Assembly: GCA_045104985.1 (NCBI GenBank)
Contig: JBGCDA010000064.1
Span: 24,127 to 88,126, forward strand
Length of the DNA: 64,000 nt
Origin: Flavobacteriales bacterium
GTDB lineage: Bacteria > Bacteroidota > Bacteroidia > Flavobacteriales_D > Sanyastnellaceae
Reading direction: 5' to 3'
Part shown: positions 34,446-42,373 of the stretch, in pieces
Position numbering within the stretch: the first letter of the stretch is position 1
Layout of the letters: every line of letters begins with the position of its first letter
The notes under the pieces: model-generated
The model's database searches: none
Seen by the model: the letters and a program-made list of their open reading frames with translations, nothing else
Told to the model about the DNA's origin: nothing
Program-made: the position numbers and the translations under genes

Positions 34446-37400
34446 TTATTCTTCAGGAGCACATGGTAAACCAAATGCTGCTAAGAAACCACTTAAATCT
34501 ATTACAGATACAAACCCATCTCCATCGAAATCTCCTGGGCAAGATGAGCATGAATATATACAAGTGTCATTGTCATCAAAGTTAGCTGCAGGGTTAAAGT
34601 TTAGTGCCTCCATGTCTGTACAACCCTCTATCTTTTCTTCACATGAACCATCGTCAAAGTCAGCAAGTGGGTTAAAGTTTAAGGCGAAAGCATAAGTACA
34701 ACCTCCTACTTCGTCTTCATTACAAATACCGTCATTGTCGTCATCGTTATCTATAATAGTTCCAGTACCATCAGTTTCACCTGAGCATGTGGCACAATCT
34801 CCGGTAGCACCCCCATCACATGATCCATCATCAGTAGTAGCATTCACATTATAGTTGCATGAATTAGCATCTGTACAACCTAATACAAAAGCACAATCTG
34901 TAGAAACACAAAGGTTACTGAACTCAACTATGATATCACTAGAAAGTGGAGATCCACTAAAGTTAGCTATTGCAGCTACTATAGATGCGTTAGATCCAGC
35001 GGGATCGAAAGATCCATTTGCGCTGGGTGTTCCAGTCGAAACAATCCCTCCGAATGTGTATGTTCCAGGTCCAGGAACTTCCATATTAAAATCATTCCAA
35101 GGACAAGGGAAGAATCCACAATCATTATTTTCTATTCTAAATTCTAGCACTCTAGGGAAGTCTGCTTCATCACCAGAAACAGTGAAGTCAATTGAGATAC
35201 AGAACTCATCGTTCGTCAATCCAGTAGTATTTACACTCCAGATATTACCTGCAAAATCATTATTTGCTCCTGCTAAAAGACCCATTGATGAACTTTGACC
35301 AAAGGCTAATGCACTGCTAGCAAAGCCGACATCATTAGAAACATCTAATAGATCTATTGGTTCAGAATCACATAAGTATAAGCAAGAATTGTCATCCACA
35401 TTTGCATTTTCATTATAGTTTGAAGCACTTGGGTCTAAACAACCTTCTACAGGAGGTGAGCAGCTAACTGCTAATTCATATTCGCCTGAGCTAGAACTAA
35501 ATCCTTCTACTCTTATGATGTAAGTCGTCTCCCCATCTGAAATAAAAGTTAATTCTGATTGTAAACCACAAGAATCATCATTGCTTGATACAACTGTTCC
35601 TCCACAAGAATCGAATATTGTTAGTATCGTATCGAATGAAGAACCACATAAACTAACAGTGACTTCTTCACCATTTGCTGTATCTGCTAAAGAATAGAAT
35701 ACATCTGGTGAAGCTGTTCCACCGCTATCTGTAGCGTTTGCAGTTGAGCCCGAAACGGAATCGCCACATTCTATAGCAGTAGCACCATCACAAATATCAT
35801 TATCAGGTGCTGGAACTGGAGCTACGCATGTTACATCTAAAGTATATTCACCAGCAAAACCAGAGAATCCATGCACTAGCACGAAATAATCAGTTCCTAC
35901 GGCAGTTGGTACTGTGAATAAGGACGTTGCTCCTGCTCCTCCATCATCATTTCCACCAATGCATGAAAGATCATCACATGCACCAGAAAAAACTCGAATC
36001 TTAGTATCGAAAGTTGATAAGCTTAAATCTAACGTTACATCATCTCCTTCGCTTCCTACCGCTGCTCCTGCATCATCTGAATTTGAACCAGTAAATCTAT
36101 ACCATACTGCTCCCGCAGTTCCTGCGCTAGTTCCGCAGAATCCTGGGTCTAGATCCTCTGGATTAGCATTGGAAGTATCTCCAGTATATTGACCTCCGCA
36201 AGTAACTTCAATAGCTCCATCACAGTTGTCATTCGAAGGCCCAGAGATAGTTCCAGCACATGAACAATCGGCTTGAATAACATCATTATCTGTCCCTTCG
36301 TTTCCATCATCACAAGATTCACCTTCTTCTGGATTGTTTATAACTACACCAGTTCCATCTGTTTCACCAGAGCAAGTGTCACAGCCAGCAGCAGAAATAC
36401 AAGATCCGTCTTCTTCAGTAGCATTAATGTTATAATTACAGGCTGAAGGGTCAGTACATCCATTCACTTCGTCAATATCACATATGCCATCTCCATCTGC
36501 ATCGTTTGTAAGAATAGTTCCAGATCCATCAAGAGCACAAGTTTCGCAACCTGAAGGTATTAAACAAGACCCATCATCACAATCGGCATCTGCATCAAAA
36601 TTACAAGCTGAAGCGTCTGTACATCCAGTGGTATCAGTACCACCACAGTTTCCACACTCATCAAGAGTTAAACAAGACCCATCATCACAATCGGCATCAG
36701 CATCAAAGTTACAAGCTGAAGCGTCTGTACATCCAGTGGTATCAGTACCACCACAATTCCCACACTCATCAAGAGTTAAACAAGACCCATCATCACAATC
36801 GGCATCAGCATCAAAGTTACAAGCTGAAGCATCTGTACATCCAGTAGTATCAGAACCACCACAGTTCCCGCACTCATCAAGAGTTAAACAAGATCCATCA
36901 TCACAATCGGCATCAGCATCAAAGTTACAAGCTGAGGCGTCTGTACATCCAGTAGTATCAGTACCACCGCAGTTCCCGCACTCATCAAGAGTTAAACAAG
37001 ATCCATCATCACAATCGGCATCAGAATCAAAGTTACAAGCTGAAGCATCTGTACATCCAGTGGTATCAGAACCACCACAGTTCCCGCACTCATCGTTGTA
37101 AAGGCAAGAACCATCTTCGATTGTTGCACCCTCGAAATTACAAGCAGAAGGATCAGTACATCCGCAATCTGTGGAATCAAAAGAAAGACCTAAACCTGTG
37201 TCAACGTTATGAAAATATTCAATGAAGCCACCAGCTTGAGGGAAAATAACTACGTTGATATTAAAAGAAAAGTCTCCATCAGTAGTGAATTGTCCTAGTA
37301 AAACAGAATTGTCAGCATCAACACCAAATGCGTTTAACCCATTTGGAGCTCCTCCTCCTGGAGGATTTTGGTCACCTGGTGGCATTAACCATCCACCACC

Positions 37401-37898
37401 TACTAAAGTGTTAATTACAATATTTTCTCCTGAAGAAAAATTACTGACCCATGGAGCCGTATTATCTTCTGCCGTAAATAAATTAGCAACATTTCCTGGG
37501 TTAGGAATTTCTCCTGCAGGATTTGAAGAGGTAGGAATTCCAAGGTTTGCTGAATTTACTCTCCCTATTGTTACAGTTGAATTGTACTGTAATGAAGGTG
37601 CAAGAGAGAAGAAAAATGGATCTATTGACTCCCCTAAAACAGGACCAACATCAGAGAATCTATAAAAGTCCGTAGATGAGGTGATATCAAGAGGGGCTGA
37701 TAAAGAACCTTGAACATTAGAGACTTGGTCTCCTGAATTTGAGAGTTGAGCATAGATTCTGTAAGTAGTCTCACCAGCCAAGGAAGGTTCTCCCTCGGTT
37801 TCAGAGTGCACTATCTTATCTACAATTATTTGTTCTAATTGAGAGAAAACGAGACAGCTTGTACTTAGAAAGGATGCTAATAATAATAGCTTTTTCAT
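34446..37898 (-). CDS. 1150-aa secreted Cys-rich repeat protein (adhesin-like) with a dockerin-like C-terminal module
   Basis: Signal peptide MKKLLLLASFLSTSCLVFSQ. Many GCTD.(S/N)ACN(F/Y)....(D/E)DGSC modules, including 5 tandem 36-aa copies, and two NDxCDGA...VWY(R/S)..FDT-type domains. The C-terminus is CPGDFDGDGFVSVIDLSGFLAAFGLPC. Confidence 0.85.
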   Translation of the reverse strand: MKKLLLLASFLSTSCLVFSQLEQIIVDKIVHSETEGEPSLAGETTYRIYAQLSNSGDQVSNVQGSLSAPLDITSSTDFYRFSDVGPVLGESIDPFFFSLAPSLQYNSTVTIGRVNSANLGIPTSSNPAGEIPNPGNVANLFTAEDNTAPWVSNFSSGENIVINTLVGGGWLMPPGDQNPPGGGAPNGLNAFGVDADNSVLLGQFTTDGDFSFNINVVIFPQAGGFIEYFHNVDTGLGLSFDSTDCGCTDPSACNFEGATIEDGSCLYNDECGNCGGSDTTGCTDASACNFDSDADCDDGSCLTLDECGNCGGTDTTGCTDASACNFDADADCDDGSCLTLDECGNCGGSDTTGCTDASACNFDADADCDDGSCLTLDECGNCGGTDTTGCTDASACNFDADADCDDGSCLTLDECGNCGGTDTTGCTDASACNFDADADCDDGSCLIPSGCETCALDGSGTILTNDADGDGICDIDEVNGCTDPSACNYNINATEEDGSCISAAGCDTCSGETDGTGVVINNPEEGESCDDGNEGTDNDVIQADCSCAGTISGPSNDNCDGAIEVTCGGQYTGDTSNANPEDLDPGFCGTSAGTAGAVWYRFTGSNSDDAGAAVGSEGDDVTLDLSLSTFDTKIRVFSGACDDLSCIGGNDDGGAGATSLFTVPTAVGTDYFVLVHGFSGFAGEYTLDVTCVAPVPAPDNDICDGATAIECGDSVSGSTANATDSGGTASPDVFYSLADTANGEEVTVSLCGSSFDTILTIFDSCGGTVVSSNDDSCGLQSELTFISDGETTYIIRVEGFSSSSGEYELAVSCSPPVEGCLDPSASNYNENANVDDNSCLYLCDSEPIDLLDVSNDVGFASSALAFGQSSSMGLLAGANNDFAGNIWSVNTTGLTNDEFCISIDFTVSGDEADFPRVLEFRIENNDCGFFPCPWNDFNMEVPGPGTYTFGGIVSTGTPSANGSFDPAGSNASIVAAIANFSGSPLSSDIIVEFSNLCVSTDCAFVLGCTDANSCNYNVNATTDDGSCDGGATGDCATCSGETDGTGTIIDNDDDNDGICNEDEVGGCTYAFALNFNPLADFDDGSCEEKIEGCTDMEALNFNPAANFDDNDTCIYSCSSCPGDFDGDGFVSVIDLSGFLAAFGLPCAPEE
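36550..37100 (-). repeat. Five near-identical in-frame tandem repeats of 108 bp (36 aa) inside the 1150-aa gene
   Basis: The unit start TAAACAAGA(C/T)CCATCATCACAATCGGCATC recurs at 36561, 36669, 36777, 36885 and 36993 with only a few substitutions. It encodes CGNCGG(S/T)DTTGCTDASACNFD(S/A)DADCDDGSCLTLDE. Confidence 0.9.
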
Positions 37899-38189
37899 TT
37901 TGGTTGTTTTTAATAAGATTTTTTTCGTAAGATAATTTTGCGAACAAAGATATGTTAAAAATCGAGAAATTCGACAAAAAAGTCAATAGCTTAGACGAAA
38001 ACAAATATTCTACTCACTAGAAAAGCAGAGGTGTTAGTCATAATATCTTTTGAGATTCAGAAGAATTTTAAGAATTCTTTAGTATCTCATAATATGCACA
38101 GCTTTATACAGGTAAATCTTCTAAGGCGCTTTACTACGAGATGTTGATTAGCGGGTGGAGAAGTAATTGGAATTTGAAAATACCTGATT

Positions 38190-39152
38190 CTACTTTTTAT
38201 TTAATCCTATTTCTGTTAGTCTTTGATTCAAATATTTGCCTGCTGTAATAGGTGGATAGTTGGGTTCAGTTCCTTCAGGAATACAAGATTCTAGACAGTT
38301 GAGGCTCATGTCACTTCTCGGGTGCAGAAAGAAAGGAATAGAGTATCTAGAGCTTCCCCATTTTTCTCTTGGTGGATTTACTACTCTATGTGTAGTGCTT
38401 TTCAATTTGTTATTAGTCAGCCTCTGAAGCATGTCACCTACATTAACTACTATTCTATCTGGAAGAGCAGTTACTGCTATCCATTCGTTCTGTTTGTTAA
38501 GCACCTCTAGTCCATCTGCAGAAGCTCCTATTAGTAATGTTATCAGGTTAATGTCTTCATGCTGTCCTGCCCTTACTGCTGATTTAGGTTCATCTGTTAT
38601 GGGAGGGTAGTGGATAGGGCGAAGAATGCTATTCCCATTATGAATTTTAGCATCGAAATAGTTTTCTTCTAATTCTAAGTAAAGTGCTATAGCCCTTAGT
38701 ATTTGTTTCCCAGTATTTTCTAGGTCCTTATATGCACTCAAGCCAATATTGTAAAAACCAGGAACTTCTGCTGTTTTAATGTTGTCAGGATAAATATCTT
38801 TAATAGGGTCACCATCTGTTACTTCTTGGCCGAAATGCCAGAATTCTTTTAAATCTCCCGCGTTAGAATCTTTAGCATGCTCTTTACCAAAGCTGGTGTA
38901 GCCTCTTTGCCCTGCTAAGCCCTCTATTTCATAACCCAGTTTGGTTTCTTTGGGAAGTAAAAAGAATTTCTGTACCTCACTATAAAGTTCGGCTACTGTT
39001 TCTTCTGAAATCAAGTGATTCTTTAAAGCCACAAACCCAATATCTTCGTAAGCCTCTCCTAGTTCTTTTACAAACTTTTCCTTTACTGAGGGATCTGAAC
39101 TTAAAAAATCATTTAAATCTACGGTAGGTATTCCTTCTAAGTATGCGCTCAT
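38190..39152 (-). CDS. 2-oxoglutarate/Fe(II)-dependent oxygenase (isopenicillin N synthase-like family); start moved from 39188 to ATG 39152
   Basis: HxD...H facial triad contexts (GQHEDINLITLL, STTHRVVNP). The moved start removes a 32-nt overlap with the upstream gene. Confidence 0.8.
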   Translation of the reverse strand: MSAYLEGIPTVDLNDFLSSDPSVKEKFVKELGEAYEDIGFVALKNHLISEETVAELYSEVQKFFLLPKETKLGYEIEGLAGQRGYTSFGKEHAKDSNAGDLKEFWHFGQEVTDGDPIKDIYPDNIKTAEVPGFYNIGLSAYKDLENTGKQILRAIALYLELEENYFDAKIHNGNSILRPIHYPPITDEPKSAVRAGQHEDINLITLLIGASADGLEVLNKQNEWIAVTALPDRIVVNVGDMLQRLTNNKLKSTTHRVVNPPREKWGSSRYSIPFFLHPRSDMSLNCLESCIPEGTEPNYPPITAGKYLNQRLTEIGLNKK

Positions 39153-39156
39153 GTTA

Positions 39157-39573
39157 TCAGTGTTTAAAAATGGAGTCTGAGTTTTCAAAAGATTTAAATT
39201 CTATTACATGTCCATCTTCGTCTTTTATCATCATAGTCACTTGCTCGCCAGCTTCACCTGGGAAAACAGTTTGAGGTTCTATTACAAAGAGTATTTTTTC
39301 TTCTACTAATTTATCCTTAAGGACATGCCAGTCTCCCCATGATAATATTATTCCGAAGTGATTAGCAGGAAACATAGTTTTAGGATGAAAGTAATTAGCG
39401 GTCATAACACGTTTAGAACTCACAAACTGGATGGTTAGCTGATGACCGAAAAAATCATAATCAACCCAAGTAGATCCGCTTCTGCCTTCCTTACATCGTA
39501 AAACGTCTCTATAAAAATGTTTAGCTTTATCTAAATCTCTAGTAGCAAAAGCCAGATGAAATTTTCCTTCCAT
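39157..39573 (-). CDS. VOC (glyoxalase/dioxygenase-fold) family protein
   Basis: 138 aa with an N-terminal FHLAFATRDLDKAKHFY pattern typical of VOC modules. Confidence 0.65.
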   Translation of the reverse strand: MEGKFHLAFATRDLDKAKHFYRDVLRCKEGRSGSTWVDYDFFGHQLTIQFVSSKRVMTANYFHPKTMFPANHFGIILSWGDWHVLKDKLVEEKILFVIEPQTVFPGEAGEQVTMMIKDEDGHVIEFKSFENSDSIFKH

Positions 39574-39658
39574 TTAATTTCTCTTGAATTTCAAATATCT
39601 TTCTTCGGCCTTAAAAGTAATACTATGTGCTGAGAAGTTCTTAACGGTGTTCTTTTCA

Positions 39659-40723
39659 TTAGGAAACACTAAACCCTATTGTAGAAAATCTAAGCGTAGT
39701 TTCTCCCTCTCTATTCTCTTTTTTTATCATTTCAGTTCCTGTAGATCCTCTACTTACATCTTCCATGTTTTTAATTTCGCCAAATGGAATGTCATGGACA
39801 TTAAGTTGTTCTCTCCAATGAACTAAAGAGCCAGTTTTAAACTTAGATCGGATAAGCTCGCTGAGTGCATCTAAATGTTCTAAGCGTACTAGATTTGAAT
39901 CATACTTTTGGATAAGTTCTTCTAATTGTAGTAAACGACATAGCTTTTCAAAGTGTTTTTGAGAACCCAATGCCAGAACTAACTCCTTTTGGTCTGATGA
40001 GGTTACTATTTCTCCGTATAGAGCTATGTTAGGATGCCTGCTGCCTAGGCGTTCAGGGAGGTTTCCATTCATCAAATAATTGGTACCTTGGTTCACTAAG
40101 CTGGCTATAGCAGATGATTCTAAACTCACCTCTACCAGTGCTCCTTTACCTGTTTTAGTTCTACGTAGCAATGCTGCTAAGATTCCACTTCTCAGCTGAT
40201 GACCTGCTAATACATCCATTAATGCTACAGGTATTTTAGTAGGAGGTCCTTCTGGAGAGCCGTTCATATACATGTAGCCACATTCTGCCTGAACTACTAC
40301 GTCATAAGCCACTTTTGTAGGTTCTGAATTAAAGCCTAAAAGCTTGGCATAAATGATTTTTGGATTTACTGTTTTCACTCTTCCATAGTCTAATGCGAAC
40401 CTAAAGTCATCTCCAAATTTAAAATTAGTGATGACCACATCTGCTGTTTTTAGTAGCTCATATACTTTATTAATGTCATTCATTTTGGTGAAATCCAGCA
40501 TCAACACCTCTTTTCTATAGTTCACAGAAGCGTAGTAGCTAGATATAGACGTTTTAGCAGATTCTCCTTTGCTTTTCCAGCCTCGGGTTACATCACCACC
40601 TGTAGTTTGGTTTTCGACTTTTATCACTTTGGCTCCTAACTCAGAAAACATCATTCCTGCATAAGGGCCTGCTAACACACTGCTTAATTCTATAACAGTG
40701 TATCCTTCAAATAGGTTTTCCAT
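39659..40723 (-). CDS. CoA-transferase family III (CaiB/BaiF-like)
   Basis: N-terminal VIELSSVLAGPYAGMMFSELGAKVIKVE signature. Confidence 0.85.
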   Translation of the reverse strand: MENLFEGYTVIELSSVLAGPYAGMMFSELGAKVIKVENQTTGGDVTRGWKSKGESAKTSISSYYASVNYRKEVLMLDFTKMNDINKVYELLKTADVVITNFKFGDDFRFALDYGRVKTVNPKIIYAKLLGFNSEPTKVAYDVVVQAECGYMYMNGSPEGPPTKIPVALMDVLAGHQLRSGILAALLRRTKTGKGALVEVSLESSAIASLVNQGTNYLMNGNLPERLGSRHPNIALYGEIVTSSDQKELVLALGSQKHFEKLCRLLQLEELIQKYDSNLVRLEHLDALSELIRSKFKTGSLVHWREQLNVHDIPFGEIKNMEDVSRGSTGTEMIKKENREGETTLRFSTIGFSVS

Positions 40724-40741
40724 CTTAGGCTAAATTATGAA

Positions 40742-40750
40742 TTGCAACGC
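40742..40750 (+). repeat. GCGTTGCAA-family motif, intergenic
   Basis: TTGCAACGC 76 nt upstream of the choice-of-anchor B gene ATG. Confidence 0.9.
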
Positions 40751-40826
40751 AGATTAAAGCAAAGTTAGAGTGATATACTGTGCTGCTTAATCCATTATCT
40801 TTACCATTCATTAAAGCATTTCAGAC

Positions 40827-42365
40827 ATGAAGTTTTTATACCTAGCCTTAGCCACTTTCTTATCGTCTATTCTTTTTGGTCAGACACCATGTGTTAATGG
40901 AACGTCTGGCGGCTACCCGTGTGAGAATGTAGAATTATTATCTCATCTAACTTCGTCTGAACTAGGAGGTGGAGAAATGAATGATTTATGGGGATGGACA
41001 AGTCCAGAGAGCGGTAAAGAGTATGTAATGATTGGAAGAGATGCAGGAACTTCTTTTGTGGATATTTCAGATCCTTTGTTTCCAGTTTATTTAGGGGTGC
41101 TCCCTACGCACACGTTTAATTCTATTTGGCGAGATATTAAAGTTTATGAAAACCATGCATTTATTGTAAGCGAGGCTAATAATCATGGCATGCAGGTATT
41201 TAACCTAATGCAGCTCGAAACTGTGGTAAACCCACCAGTGGTTTTTGAAGATGATGCGCATTATGGCGTATTTGGCGATTGCCATAACATAGTAATAAAT
41301 GAGGAATCAGGCTATGCCTATGCGGTAGGAAGTAATACTGCTAATGGTGGATTACATGTCATAGATGTAACGTCTCCGACACAGCCGACATTAGCAGGTT
41401 TTTTTAGTAATGATGGATACACTCATGACGCTCAGGCAGTAAATTACATAGGGCCAGACCCGGATTACACTGGTTCTGAAATCGTGTTTGCTGCTAATGA
41501 AAATAACATAGCGATCATAGATGTTACAGATAAGTCTGACATGGAACTCATAGAACATGCCACTTATCCAAGTCTGTTCTACACTCATCAATGCTGGCTT
41601 ACAGAAGACCACAGATTTTTATTGGCTAACGATGAGTTAGATGAACTTAATGGGAGTGGAAACACTAGAACTTTCATATTTAATGTAGAGGATTTAAATA
41701 ATCCTATTTATCTCGGAGCATATGTGCATCCTACTGCAGCCATAGACCATAATTTATACATTCATGAAGGATATGTTTACCAGTCTAATTACAGAGCTGG
41801 TTTACGAATATTAAACACTGACCAAGTGTCTAACGGAGTACTAAATGAAGTAGCTTTCTTCGATGTTTACCCTCAAAGTAATGCTGCGGCTTTTAATGGT
41901 TCTTGGAGTAATTATCCATACTTTGAATCAGGCGTAGTAGCGGTGAGCCACATAGAAAACGGGTTATTTCTTCTAAAACCAGACATCAAAACATTTTACG
42001 CAGATGCAGATTCAGATGGGTTTGGTGATGATTTAGTAACAGCACAAGGTTTTACTTCGCCAGAGGGTTTCGTAGAAAATAACTTAGACTGTGATGATGC
42101 ATTAGAAACTGTTTTTCCTGGGGCTACTGGCACAGGCGAAGGCATAGATAATGACTGTAATGGAGAAGTAGAAGGTGATGAAATGGAATCTACCTGTCCA
42201 GAGGATTTTAATTCTGACGGTATAGTAAGTATAGAAGATATTTCTATTTTTCTGTCAGGCTTTGGGTGCATATCCCAATGCGAAGTAGACCTTAACGGAG
42301 ATGGTTTAACTAGCATAGACGATCTGAGCTTGTTCTTAATAGCCTTCGGAACAGTATGCGATTAA
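40827..42365 (+). CDS. Choice-of-anchor B-like beta-propeller (LVIVD-type) secreted protein with a MopE-like Cys motif and two dockerin-like C-terminal repeats
   Basis: N-terminal C.NG.SGGYPC.NV.LL....L......ND.WGW......EY...G...G..FVDI.DP pattern. FYADADSDGFGDD...DCDD...PGA...GIDNDCNG. The C-terminus is CPEDFNSDGIVSIEDISIFLSGFGC...DLNGDGLTSIDDLSLFLIAFGTVCD. Confidence 0.7.
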   Translation: MKFLYLALATFLSSILFGQTPCVNGTSGGYPCENVELLSHLTSSELGGGEMNDLWGWTSPESGKEYVMIGRDAGTSFVDISDPLFPVYLGVLPTHTFNSIWRDIKVYENHAFIVSEANNHGMQVFNLMQLETVVNPPVVFEDDAHYGVFGDCHNIVINEESGYAYAVGSNTANGGLHVIDVTSPTQPTLAGFFSNDGYTHDAQAVNYIGPDPDYTGSEIVFAANENNIAIIDVTDKSDMELIEHATYPSLFYTHQCWLTEDHRFLLANDELDELNGSGNTRTFIFNVEDLNNPIYLGAYVHPTAAIDHNLYIHEGYVYQSNYRAGLRILNTDQVSNGVLNEVAFFDVYPQSNAAAFNGSWSNYPYFESGVVAVSHIENGLFLLKPDIKTFYADADSDGFGDDLVTAQGFTSPEGFVENNLDCDDALETVFPGATGTGEGIDNDCNGEVEGDEMESTCPEDFNSDGIVSIEDISIFLSGFGCISQCEVDLNGDGLTSIDDLSLFLIAFGTVCD

Positions 42366-42373
42366 GAAGTTAA

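Noticed and set aside
36550-37100. The tandem 108-bp repeats considered as a CRISPR array or satellite.
   Set aside because: The units are contiguous without unique spacers, are in frame, and encode a Cys-rich protein module. No cas genes are present.
36484-37101. A 205-aa plus-strand ORF (and similar ORFs at 34855-35298, 35914-36192 and 37255-37665) antisense to the 1150-aa gene.
   Set aside because: Their periodic sequence (KQDPSSQSASASKLQAEASVHPVV...) is simply the mirror image of the 108-bp coding repeats. They have no signal or start context, and the minus-strand frame has clear domain structure.
39153-39188. The 32-nt overlap between the VOC gene and the 2OG oxygenase ORF.
   Set aside because: It is resolved by using the second ATG (39152), 4 nt after the VOC stop codon.
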